Shown: in pieces, positions 1-12,001 of the stretch | Position numbering within the stretch: the first letter of the stretch is position 1 | How the letters are laid out: each line of letters begins with the position of its first letter | Origin: Vicugna vicugna | Taxonomy: Eukaryota | Length of the DNA: 64,000 bases | Direction: 5' to 3' | NCBI GenBank assembly: GCA_013265495.1 | Contig: MU058844.1 | Span: forward strand, 440,941 to 504,940 | Position numbers and translations under genes: made by a program | The notes under the pieces: model-generated | Told to the model about the DNA's origin: nothing | Databases searched by the model: none | What the model saw: the letters and a program-made list of their open reading frames with translations, nothing else

Positions 1-458
1 GCCGCCCCCGTCCTCCGCCCGGCTTGTGCAGCCTGGCCCTGCCCGCCGCTGCCGGCCCGCGTCTCAGGCTGGGTGTCTGGGGGACGCTCTGTGCCCGTTT
101 AACTTAGTTCTGTCAGACAAGGGCTGCTCTGTACAGATCCGAGCCTCGGAGGCTCCCCCTCCGTCCCGCTGGCCTCTCAATTGGAGAGGGGAGACCCAGC
201 GAGCGAGCGCCAGTCCTCCTTTGCCGCTCCCTCCCCGCGGGACCCGTCCCGCGCTGCTTTGCCTTTTGTTCTTTCTTTTTTCCTTTTCTCCTACCAGATT
301 TTTGGCGTCTTTATCTTTTGAAGAGGGCGATGATCTGTTGGAGTTCCGCAGGTGCTCTGGTTGGCTGAGTGGGTCTGTAGATGTGGGTCTTGGTGTATTT
401 GTGGGAGAGGGTGACTTACAAGCGTCCTTCTACTCCGCCATCTTGCCCGGAAGTCCCC
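1..458 (-). mobile_element. 5' end (5'UTR/internal promoter) of a young, CpG-rich LINE-1; the element body runs off the left window edge
   Basis: The minus strand starts GGGGACTTCCGGGCAAGATGGCGGAGTAG, a typical L1 start with the YY1 core CAAGATGGCG (436-445). CpGs are retained. There is an abrupt switch to AT-rich DNA at 459, and the flank (minus strand AAGAAAAAACAAGTTA) resembles an L1 endonuclease target/TSD. Confidence 0.85.
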
Positions 459-1504
459 TAACTTGTTTTTCTTTGACTCACTGAAATTTTACTGCTCTTC
501 TTCTGTCTTGTCCATTAATATTAGCAGAGGTCTTTCCTATTAGTGGAGACCTCAGGCATTTGGCACTTAAATTTTGCTGTGATTACCACATTTGAAACCT
601 AAAGTAACTAGTAATTAAGGAAAGGATTGAGTAAATAATCTATGGTAGTTGTAGAAGTATAATCACTAGCTAGTAGGCCATATGGTTTGCAAAGAATATT
701 AATTTATACAGCAACCAGGTGCAGTGACATAATGAAAAAAATGTGAACATATTAAGCTGTTTTTAAGGACTTCTGTTTTTATCAGAACAAATATAAACGT
801 ACTGGAATATTAACCAGATTTTGGTTATTAGGAATATGGCTAATTTTAAGTTGATTTCATATGTATTTTTCTTTAATGAGCAGGTGAAAAAAATGGGGAA
901 AAGCAGGTACCATAAGCAAAAAAATTCTTTTTTATTTAGTTATTAAGCATTGTCATAGATGCTTAGAATACAATATGTTTATAATATCCCTTTCCTCAAC
1001 AGGGAAGATGAAATATTGAGTACTGAACAGTAATTACAAGGTTAAAGAGTATAACAAAAAGGGACCTTGCAGTAGAAGGAAGCATATAGCAGTAAGGTTT
1101 AACCTATTACAGCAATAACATATTTAGCCAAGTTTAGTGCTAGAGAGAACTTTTGAAATGTTTAAGGGGCTAAATTTTAGAAGGCAGGAGAGGTGAATGA
1201 GTTTGTATGATTGTATAACACATTGGTACAATTAGAATTGGAATTAAATTCAGATTCCTACCTCCAGGTTTTTTCCCTAGTAGGTACATGAGGCTGTCTA
1301 GTTGAGATTAGCTTTCTAATGTGAAATTAGCTCCCTTTTTAAAGGCTCTTAAACTAGGTAGAAAATTTTTAATTAGGAGATGAGCTGGTTTCAGTGCTCT
1401 CCTCCTTTGACCCCATTTAATCCCAAAGAGAGAACTTCTTAACCTCTTCATTTCCTCTCTTAGTCTATTAACTCTTAACCTTTCCTACACTTTCTTTTCT
1501 ATTT

Positions 1505-1988
1505 AGTTTAGACTTTATTTTTAGCAAGGAACAGAAGCCAACCTTGGCTCTTTTAAGCTGAAATGATATTTATTGTGTTATGAGATACCTCACAATTTTC
1601 AGGAGCACCAGTGAACGAGGCAGGCAGAAACAGGGCTCAGAATCACTTCACAGAGACTTCACTGCAGGCATTATATGTAACACACACGCTCTGCAGAGTG
1701 GTTGCTGATGCCAAGTCCAGGAGGCTGGACTACAGCTTCCTTTCCATTGCTGTCTAGCAGTAACTACTGCTGCTCTCTCCAGAATAATCCTTATTTCAGA
1801 TCTTAGTTTCTGATGCACAGGTTTTGACAGAGCCTAGGTTTCACATGCATAAGCTGTAAGAGAGTTAGGAAATAAGGCTAAAGTTTCTGTTGAGGAAGGT
1901 GGGGATCCATAAAAGTTGGGAAATGTGATTCCCAAACCAGGGTGTTTTAGCTGTTGAGTGACCAAAAGGAATGACTAATGTCCATTAT
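1505..1988. mobile_element. Old MaLR (MLT1-like) LTR remnant
   Basis: Degenerate MLT1-type terminal motifs (GCAAGGAACAGAAGCCAAC...TTTAAGC...ATTTATTG; ...AATGTCCATTA). Recognised from memory only. Confidence 0.45.
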
Positions 1989-3293
1989 GAACCTCATTTT
2001 GCTGTATGCTTCTGTGTGACCATAGGTAAGTTTTTCTATTTTCTACAACAATTCCTTCAAATTTTCACATTCTGCTTAAACTCTCAACCTAAACGTTGCA
2101 CTAAGGAAGATATGAACAAGTGGGGAATTTTTACTGCTGTTTAATAGTAGGCAAATTTATAGACAAGTGGCTGAACTTACACATAAGGGCCTTAAAATGA
2201 ATTATCAACTTCAAATACCCAGTTAAAAATTTGAGAAAGAAACAAAGAAACAAACCCACAATCTAGATCATTTCTAATTTAGAAGCTGAATTTTTAAAGA
2301 AGTGTAAGTTCCCTGGTTTTTGCTAATGCATCACTCTTAATTTTAGTGTTCACCATACAGAAAAATTTAAAAATTTTAAAATTATTTTCCCTGTTTCCAT
2401 TCAGGATGAGTTCAAAAGACCTTTTCTCCCCTACCTGCTAAGTTACATACTCCCTCCCAGAATCTTATATATGCGACTTTTTTTTTAATGCTTTTTGATG
2501 GGTTTATTAACAGTGCCTTAAGTACCATGGCACAACAGCAGTCTCAGTAATGAAGTATTAGTAAATTATTAGGTCCTCTCTTCAGAGTTCTATGACATCA
2601 TTCCTAAGACAGAATTCATTAAGAAGACACTACATTATCAAATCACTAAAGGCTTATTTTTGTTTTTTGGGGTGGTGCTAAAGTTTGGGCTATGAAGTGT
2701 TACGGCATCCATCAAATAAGAAATCGAGAGAAATGGAGAAACATAGCTTCCATGAATCTGCTAATTACAGTGCTGGATATTCAAAGGACATTTTTATCAC
2801 CAAGAATTTCATGAATGTTACATGAAGGAATAATTGAAACTGTCTTTAACTGTGATGCCAGTATTTAGAAATCTCTCAAAGAAAAACAGAGACAAAAAGA
2901 TGGCCTTGTAAAGTTTGTATCTTTCCATAAAACTTTCAAGATGTCTTTATAAATAAACAAGAAATTATATGCCCTCAGTGTGGTCCTGTTATTCATATAG
3001 TGTCCCTAACTCCCACCTGTAACCTTCTCTGAGACCCTGACATTCTAAATGCATCTTTCAGAAACTGACTTTTATGTATAGTTTATACTCACAGTGAAAT
3101 AAATTTAGGGTGGGAGGTGGTGCAAGAGGGTCTGTTTTATTTAGAGTTAGTTGATGCCATAATACCATGTACAAAATAAGGAATTAATAAACATTTGTTA
3201 GTAAATTCATGTTTCAAAGTCACAGGAGTGTTTTAGAGCATAATGGTTTGTGCACCATATAATAGATGGTTCCAGCTCAAAAGGGTATATATC

Positions 3294-3942
3294 CTTTTTT
3301 TTTTACCATTTTTTATTGATTTATAATCATTTTACAATGCTGTGTCAAATTCCAGTGTAGAGCACAATTTTTCAGTTATACATGAACATACATATATTCA
3401 TTGTCACTTTTTTTCTCTGTGAGCTACCATAAGATCTTGTGTATATTTATTTCCCTGTGCTATACAGTATAATCTTGTTTATCTGTTCTACAATTTTGAA
3501 ATCCCGTCTATCCCTTCCCACCCTCCGTCCCCTTGGCAATCACAAGTTTGTATTCTGTGTCTATGAGCCTGTTTCTGTTTTTCGTGTTTATGCTTTGTTT
3601 GTTTTTTTAGATTCCACATATGAGCGATCTCATATGGTATTATTCTTTCCCTTTCTGGCTTACTTCACTTAGAATGACATTCTCCAGGAGCATCTGTGTT
3701 GCTGCAAATGGCATTATTTTATTATTTTTTATGGCTGAGTAGTATTCCATTGTGTATATATGCCACATCTTCTTTATCCAGTCATCTGTCCATGGACATT
3801 GGGGTTGTTTCTATGTCTTGGCTATTGTAAGTAGTGCTGCTATGAACATTCGGGTGCAGGTGTCATCCTGAAGTAGGGTTCTTTCTGGATATATGCCCAG
3901 GAGCGGGATTTCTGGGTCATATGGTAAGTCTATTCCTAGTCT
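3294..3942 (-). mobile_element. 5'-truncated LINE-1 (about 650 bp: 3'UTR and ORF2 C-terminus)
   Basis: Poly(T) followed by TTTATT (minus-strand polyA signal and tail), then L1 3' motifs (TTATGGCTGAGTAGTATTCCATTGTG, ATATGCCCAGGAGCGGGATT). Similar but not identical to the L1 3' end at 47504. Confidence 0.9.
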
Positions 3943-4179
3943 ATTTTTAGATCAAATAAAGTAGATTTTTTTCTATTTCATTTATTTTAATAAGACTATA
4001 CTTCTTCAGTTGACAGTCCCAAAAGAGAGGAAAAAAGTGACATTATGGCTTAATTTACCTCTCTTATGAAGTACTTCTTGATGATTATGGAGCCCCTCCT
4101 TAACTTCTGTGTGGTTTATTGTCCAGCCAAACACCTGACATTTACTGTTCATATTGTTAATTGTCTTTCTGTATACCAT

Positions 4180-4365
4180 TGAGATTAAGAAAACAGACTC
4201 TGAAGCTACACAGGGTAGAGCCCAATAGCCTGGATTTCAAATTTGGCTCTGACATTTGCTAGCTTTTGATCATTGCTAGTTCCTTATTTTCCTCATTTGT
4301 AAAATGGGTCTGAAGACTAAATGAATTAATAATACATTTAGAGCATTAAATCAGTATTGGGCCTA
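4180..4365 (+). repeat. MIR SINE
   Basis: MIR core: CAGACTCTGAAGC...GCCTGGATTTCAAATTTGGCTCTGACATTTGCTAGC...TTTCCTCATTTGTAAAATGGG. Confidence 0.7.
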
Positions 4366-5783
4366 GTTTGTTTTCATTCTTGAGATTTTATTGATGTACT
4401 TCATATCTGGGATCATTGCTTGATAATTGCCTAAAGTTGCTGCCCTCGTGGAATTTACAGACTACTGGTGAGTGGAGGAAAAGAAACAGACTATAGTATA
4501 ACCTGATATGTTTAGTGAGGCAAAAGAATTGAGTAGTAGTAGACAAGGAAATTAAGGAATTCAGCCTAACAGTTTTTCTTGTTGTATGCACAGTTTGTTA
4601 GTAGGATTTACAGATTGTTGTCCATTCTGAGTGATTGGAATAATGTTAAGTGCCATTCCTGGGGTGGAAATTACCAACCAACCCCCACAGCAAGTATAGT
4701 AATCCTTCTCATCAGCTGTTTGTGAGAACTGAGCCTGCGTGCATTTATTCATGGATCAAGCATTTATTTAGTACTTAGCACTGTCATTTGCTAGCCTAAG
4801 TTCTCATCTTCAGATAGTTTAGGATTCAACAAGTAAACCAACAGTTACTGTGCTATTGTAACCGGAGTGGTAGTAATTAATGGATAGAAACCTGGAAGTA
4901 CAGGGAAGATGCTTCCAGACTAATTAGGACCTGAGAGATAAGTTGGTCAGATATACTTAGCCTTTGCAGAGTCTCTCTTTGGCTCTCAAGTCTCCATTTG
5001 AACTTAACAGAAGTATTGATCTGGTCTTGGATTGGGAAAAAAATTAGAACAGAGAGATTTTAATTGTATTCATCCCACACTATCTCTTGGGTATTACTCC
5101 AAGTGGAATACAAGAGTATGCTTGTGTTACTTTATCAGTCCGACTGGAAATAAATCTTTTCAACAAAGTGATACCTTGGTCTAAAATCTAAGATTTAGTC
5201 CTTGGTATCCAGAGCCTTTGAAACAGTTACCTCCATTTTTCCTTCTCTGAATCTACCACCAGGAAATGAGATTTAAGTATGTGGGAGTAGAGGGAGAAAA
5301 CTTAAGAATCATTATTCTCATCTGATTTTAGGATAAGCAAGTTAAAACAACTGTGAATTTGGGTAAAATAATTAACTTTTTATGAGTGTCAGTTTTTTCA
5401 TTTTCAAAGGAAGAATATGTAAATAGATGATATTTTACATCCACTAGAGGGTAGTGTGGACCATAAAAAAATTACTCCTCACTGATGAGCCCTTATTATT
5501 TAATCATTCCTTATTTAAATTAATTTTTGTGCATGAAATGTTTTTTTGAAATTTCAACAAATCATTGTGACTGTAACAAAAAGTAACACTTACACTCCTG
5601 TTATTAGTGATTCAGATGCTCTGACATTACTTTTTTATAGAATTTTTTGATGGGAAAATAATGATGCTTTAAAGTTTCTCCACTAAATTTTGCTTGTAAA
5701 ATTATTCTTTAAATTATAAAATTATTAATTTAAATTATTCTTAATGACTTGTAAGTAAAATCATTATACACCAAGATTTGTGT

Positions 5784-6693
5784 TTCACTGTCCTGTATGG
5801 TAGCAACTAGACCTTTGTGGAGATTGAGCAGTTGAAAAATGGCTAGTTCACACGTGTCCGGAGAGCTGGACTGCGGGTTTCTCCTTGGAACAGCGGCGGG
5901 AAGGTTAGAGTATGATCTGCGGGGACCAGAGTCATGCAGGACAGGCATTTAGAAAGTTTCTCCCTCTCTTTGACTGTGTATTAGTTGAAAGGAGTGCAGC
6001 CGAAACTGTAACCAAAGGAGGCATTATGCTTCCAGAAAAATCTCAAGGAAAAGTATTGCAGGCAACAGTAGTGGCTGTTGGATCAGGCTCTAAAGGAAAG
6101 GGTGGAGAGATTCAACCAGTTAGTGTGAAAGTTGAAGATAAAGTACTTCTTGCAGAATATGGAGGCACCAAAGTAGTTCTAGATGACAAGGATTATTTCT
6201 TATTTAGAGATGGTGGCATTCTTGGAAAATACATAGACTGAAATATCACTATCGAAATGGCATCACGTGAAGCTGCCCTTTCCACTGAAGTTCTGAAATC
6301 TTTCCATCATGTAAATAATTTCCACGTCTCTCTTTTATAATAAACTAATGATATCCAAACTAATGACATCTAGTGTCTCTCAAATTTAGTTTCACTGTAC
6401 AGATAGAAACATTTCCAAATAAAAATATATAAATGAAAAAAAAGGCTAGTTCAAGTTGATATGTGCTGTGAGTATAAATTACACACTGAATTTTGAAGAC
6501 TAAGTATGAAAAAAGATTGTAAAATATATCAATAATTTTATATCAATTACCTGTTGAAATGCTATTTTGAATATATTGGGTTAAATAAAATATTAAAATT
6601 TTACCTGTTTCTTTCTACTTTGTAATGTGGCTACCAGAAAATTTATAATTACACACATGGGTCACATTATATTTCTGCTGAAATATAGCACTG
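5784..6693 (-). mobile_element. MER33 (hAT-Charlie MITE) split in two by the HSPE1 retrocopy
   Basis: 5784-5850 and 6454-6693 join into a continuous MER33-like sequence (ATGGTAGCAACTAG...GGCTAGTTCA|AGTTGA...GAAGACTAAGTATGAAAAAAG...ATATATTGGGTTAAATAAAATA...ATTATATTTCT...AGCACTG). Confidence 0.8.
5851..6443 (+). pseudogene. HSPE1: HSPE1 (10 kDa mitochondrial chaperonin, HSP10) processed retrocopy; ORF 5912-6241
   Basis: Intronless AGQAFRKFLPLFD...GKYID nearly identical to HSP10. It has a 5'UTR, a 3'UTR, AATAAA at 6418-6423 and an A-tail. TSD core GGCTAGTTCA at 5841-5850 and 6444-6453. The native start carries a 1-nt deletion (ATGCAGGA instead of ATGGCAGGA at 5934). Confidence 0.95.
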
Positions 6694-6825
6694 CTTTAAA
6701 AGAAAAGCATTCACTGACCTTTTTCTCAAAGTGTGCCTCTAGCTGGCCTTATGATTTGTAAGGAAGCAGTATAATGAAGAAATGGAGCACAACTTTGATT
6801 CTGTTCCTAATGCCTGCTACAATAC

Positions 6826-6958
6826 ATAGGGTCAGTTCTACTGTATGAGTTCCTAAAATTCATTGTGTTATATATGCAAAATCATGTAAAAATCGCAGGG
6901 TTCATAGATAAAATGTTAGGTGCATTACACTCAAACATCACTGGTAACATTTTTAAAT
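6826..6958. mobile_element. Tigger-like (TcMar) DNA transposon terminal fragment
   Basis: GAGTTCCTAAAATTCA...GCAAAATC...AAAAATCGCAGGG...ACACTCAAA resembles a Tigger13-type end. From memory only. Confidence 0.4.
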
Positions 6959-7999
6959 GCCTACTTATGGTATATCAAAGTCTTGTGGATGCCCTCACGT
7001 AGTTTACAATTGTATATATAATGAAAAATTGACTTGTATTAGTAATGCAAAAGGAACTCCTGTTAATGTTTTAGAATCATTTAAAGATATAATGATGGAA
7101 GTTGGAGTAGACAGAATGTAGGCATCTTTGAGGCATCCCTCGATTTTATGACTTATTTTTGTGATAATGAAATTGATAGTTATGGAATATATTCAGATCT
7201 TAAGTGAGATAAGCTGAAAGATCCACAATTGCCGTTTTGTGTTTCAGAGAATATTTTAAATGGGGGAAACCTAATTGCTGTAGATATAATGGTTTAGGGG
7301 TATATATATAGTTGGTTAATAACTGGGCCAAGTTTCTTACATGCAAATTGCCATTCTTTTTCTAAGAATACTGTTTATTATCTAAAAATTTTAGTGTACA
7401 TAATTCATTAATTCATTGCCTTAAAATATGTAAGACCTTAGATTGTTTCGTAGTGCACACAAGTTATTATTGAACCTAAAAATGGGAAGAATCCTATTTA
7501 ATAGAATTTAGTTGATGGAATGTCAAGTATTGTAGTTTACTGGGATGTAATTCTGGGATTTGCTCTTCGAGTCCCAGTAGCTCTATTGATGATCAGATCA
7601 ATTTGATGTGTTATTTGATTCCTTTTAAAAGTATTTGTAGCATGAACTGCTGTATGCATTCTGTAAGATGAGATAGTTTCCTTGAGACCTAATCTTGTTG
7701 CCACTTAAATTCACATCCTATTTTTATATACTTCCTTTTCTACTTTTTAGTAATTAATTTCCTAAATATAGTCTACCGTACTTCCTATTCTGCATGGCTT
7801 AAACTCAGTTCTATCTGGGATTCAGTGTCAGGATTGCTTTTAAACAAATAGGATCACAAAATGCAGCTAAAGGTTTTTCCGTTTTCTTTTAAAACAAACA
7901 CTGTTATTTAATAAATCTTGAGATTTGTGACTGTGCTTTGCTCTTACCTTACCTCCTTTTTGAGTTGGATATATATTTCTGTGGACTTAATGTGTGATC

Positions 8000-8190
8000 T
8001 CACTTGTCCTTTTACAATGTTATCTCGTTTGATTTTTCACAGCAACTCTGCAGGAGAGGTAATGTTAACTATATAGATGAGGAAGCTGAGGCTCAGCAAT
8101 GTAAATTACTTTCTCACAAATATAGTTAAGCAGTGCAGTTGTAATTTGAATCAATTCCTTGTAGACTTGAAGAAATCACACTGTACTTCA
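8000..8190 (-). repeat. MIR SINE
   Basis: TAGATGAGGAAGCTGAGGCTCAG, the reverse complement of the MIR core. Confidence 0.7.
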
Positions 8191-9721
8191 CTGTCTTTCT
8201 ACCAAAGAATAATAGAAACTAAAACGTGTTTCACAGTTAACCACGTGTGAGTAGTAGCAAGAAGGATTTTATTTCCTACCCAAGTTTTTGCCCTTTTAGG
8301 GAAAAAAATTGACAACAATGTCTGTAGTGAGAGTTGCTCCATTTGGTTTGGATTTTATTCTTTTTCCTCCCGTTATTTATGCTGTGCGTTTGTTTTGGAA
8401 ATCAGTGCTGTGTAGTCAAATAATTATGCATCTATTCATTGTCTCAAAATCCATTAAAACTTGAGAGCGTATAAAAACTATTTCACAAAGTTTTCCACAC
8501 TCGAGCTTATTCTAGAATGTGTTCTGATTAAATCTTTTACTTGATCAGGCCGCATGATATGTTTCATGTGTACATTCTTTAGAAAGACTGTCTAATTTTG
8601 AGGGTGAACTGAAGATGAGGAAATTAATGTCCTATCTGTCTCTGACAATGTGTACTGAGTGATTTTGAAGCTATTTTGGGATGTGATCTTAGAGGTCTGT
8701 CTGGCAGCTTTTTATAGCTTTGAATAGAGCTGCTACTATTTTGTGTAACCAGGAGTGGTGTTCTGGGGCTCTTGGACCCCAGCTTTCTTTTCCCCCCAAG
8801 TCTCCCTCTTTATGGCTTTCTAAAAATGTGAAGACCTGGGGCAAATCAGGAGGATGGAGGTGAGGAGTCAAAATTCAAGGAATTTTACCATCCACTTCTT
8901 TTCTTCTTCCTTTATGCCTACTGTTCATCGTAATTTTCTCTGTTTTTTTTCCCCCTAAAAATGAAGACCAGTCTCTTTTGTTCTAGGTACCTGTTGGAGG
9001 ACTTCCCAAGATGGGAGACTTCTTTATTGCCTCTTAAGATTTTTACTGCTCTAAAAATGTTTTACTTGGAACCTAAAGAATATTTTGCTGAAAGTAGTTT
9101 ATAGCATTTCAGTTTCTTTCCCATTTGCCCTTGCATTGTCATGGTTAAAACAAAAAAGCCTAGTCTCAAATTGAAGTTAAGTACTAAAAGGCATTACTTC
9201 AAATGACTATGTGTTTAACATATTTTGGGGAAGGATTTGATTTTGTGTCTGCATCTTAGGACTATTTCAGTATGTAGCTGTGCTGACAGAGAAATCTTTT
9301 TTTAGTATATGCACTGCAGGCTGTAGAATGAAATGGTGTAAGATGTATAATTTTTCTTAAGTGAAGGCAGTGCAAGTACAATATTCTCATTCATTGTTTT
9401 TCATACCTGAAAGCTTAAATACAGCAGTGTTCTGTTTTAACTACAGATACCTATTCAGAATGTTGAAAATGTATTACTAATATATACTATGTAATATATA
9501 AAATTACACATACTATTGTCAGTATGTATATTGAATATTAACATTTTTCTAGCTAAAAATAAATTATTTATAAATAGAAATTAGATCATTTCTTCCCACA
9601 CCTGAGTAGATCCTTTTGTTTTCTTCTTGCAATGTGCTCATCCTGCTTTGAGTAACACTGCTTTAATGTTAAAGGTGAAATTTCTGATAATTTATTTCTC
9701 ATTCTCTGTAACATCAAATAG

Positions 9722-11450
9722 ATTCATATTTCAAGTATTTATTGAATATCCAGGGTGCCAGTCACTGTTCCAAATGCTGAGCATATACCAGTAGATAAAG
9801 TCGTCAAATCTCTTCTGTTACTTCCATTCTGAACAAAATAAGTGAGATGTACTATGTTCAAAGGCCCCAGAGATTAAGTGCGGGGGGATAGGGGTAGAGG
9901 GAGAGGGTATGGGATAGGATGGAGAGGAGTTTGCAGTTTCAGTTATGGGGGCATCAATTGAGAAAACACATTTGAATGAAGATCTTGGGAGCCGAAGGAG
10001 TGAGCCATATAGAAAGTTGGGGGAAGAGGAGCAAGCGCAAAGCTCCTGAAGAGGGAGAATGCCTGGCAGGTTGAAGAACTACAAAGAAGCTAATCTGGCT
10101 GGAACAAAGCAGGTGGGGTTGGGGCAGGGTGGGGAAAACATAGCTCAAGATGCGTAAGAGGTAGGTGAAGTGAAGGGATCATGTAAAGCCTCTTGGGGGT
10201 GGGGGAGTGTCAGAAGCAGGGAGAACAAGTTAGTTGGCCGTTACAGTGTGCCAGGTGAGGGTTGATGGTGGCTTGAATCAGAGGTGTAACAGTGGAATCG
10301 TGAAAAGCAGTCCAGTCATGAGTAGATTTCCAAGTTCACACCAACAAAATTTGTTGATCAGGTTAGGTGGGTGGAATATGAAGGAAAAGGTGGGTCAGTT
10401 GGAAGGATGGATTTTCTGGTTAACTGAGGAAAGCTTTGGGAGAGGAGTAGGTTGAGTATGGGGAAGGTCATGCTAAATTTGGGGTGCTTATTAGACATTG
10501 AAGAGAAGATGTCAAGCAGACAGTTATGATAGAAGCATGATCCAGGGAGAGATCTGTGCAGCACATGAATTTGTGAGGCTTCAGCATGTATGGAGTATAT
10601 TTAGTACGTAAATTTACTGGACTAGATGAGATCACTATGGAAGTGTGTAGGCAGAGAAGACGACCTAGGACGAACTGGCGCACTTCAGTATTGGAGTATT
10701 GTGGAGATAGGGAGGAACCAGCAAGGAGGTTGCTGCCAGACTAGTAGAAAGAGAGCCAGGAGAGTGGCTGCAGGAAGCTGGATGAAGCCTTGCAAGGAGA
10801 GGGCAGACCAGCTGGGTGAGATGTTGAATTTAAGTTAATTAAGATGAACGTTAAGCATTTGATTTACTGTGTGGGAATTATTAATGACCTCAATAAGCAG
10901 GTTAGTGGCTAGAGCCTGATTGGAGAGTTGTGCTTAAGATAGGAGAGGAGGAGAGAAATTGGATATGAGCAAGTATAGATAACTTTCCCAGAGGAGCAAA
11001 GTCATGGGGCAGTAGCTGGTGGGGGAGAGTCAGGTCAAGGTCATTTTTTCCTCTTTCTGGAAGAAATTACAGCAGGTTTGTACAGTTTGGGGAAAGATCC
11101 AATAAAGAGGGGGAAACTGGTGATTCAGGAGAGGAAAGAGATGCTAAAGCAGTGTCCTTGAGTAGGAGAGAAGGAGATAAGATCTAGAGGAGAGGTTGGC
11201 CTTAGCCTAGAGTGATAGTCATTTCATCCATAGCAACAGGAGAAAAGGCAGAGCACACGGACAGGTTGGTGTACAAGTGCTTCAGTGGGAACTTAAGGTG
11301 GTTTCTGTTTTCTCGTGAAATACAGAGCAGTGTTACCAGCCAAAAGAGAGGATGTGGATGAAGATGTTGGAGGTTTCAACAGAGAGGAAGAAGCATGTTA
11401 TAATTATTTAGGAGAGGGAGAAAGATGGAAAGACAACTAATGATAAGATT
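9722..11450 (-). mobile_element. LINE-2 fragment (about 1.7 kb, decayed)
   Basis: Starts with the reverse-complemented L2 tail (TTCAAGTATTTATTGAATATCC...GTGCCAGTCACTGTTC), followed by purine-rich L2 motifs (GAAGAGAAGATGTCAAGCAGACAGTT, GGACTAGATGAGATCAC). Confidence 0.8.
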
Positions 11451-12001
11451 GTTGGGGACCAGTAAGGGTCCCTTTGAGGTTAATTGTCAGTTTTACAGAC
11501 TAATCAGCATGGTGGCTGTATATATTTCTGTAGCATTGTTTGGGTGCCCAAGCACTTGTTTTTCCTTAGTTTCATTATGTTTTTCAGAAGGGAGATTTCA
11601 ATAGCTTTAAAAACTACTTTTACTTTTAAAACAGCTTGTTTTATTGGTAGAGTTTAAATAGAGCAAGTTGCCTTACTTATATGGTAATCCTAGTGTTATT
11701 TTCTTTATTTTCCTAGAGTTTAAAATTAGCTTTATTAGCCTAATTTTAGTACCAACATACTTGTAGGCACTTGTGGCTAGAATGTATATGATGTCATCAG
11801 TATTTGCAGTTGTATTAAGCTGATTGTAATTATTTAAATATTTTCTTTGAACTTTACATTTTATAAGCTAAATAAAAAAACATTGGGAGATTGGAGAGGT
11901 TCTTTTATGTCCATTTCCAAGAGGGAGGTTTTCTAAGGTTTATTTTGATGTTTACCAAAATGACATTTGTTCCACAAATGTGTTATGTTTTTCTCTTGTA
12001 G

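Noticed and set aside
1..458. GC/CpG-rich start read as the UBE2N promoter or exon 1 CpG island
   Set aside because: No MAGLPRRIIK exon or donor is present. The minus strand has an L1-type start with a YY1 motif and a sharp insertion boundary.
2690..2885. Possible Tigger/pogo transposase relic (ETVFNCD-like peptide)
   Set aside because: Only one short motif, with frameshifts and no TIRs seen; too weak to call.
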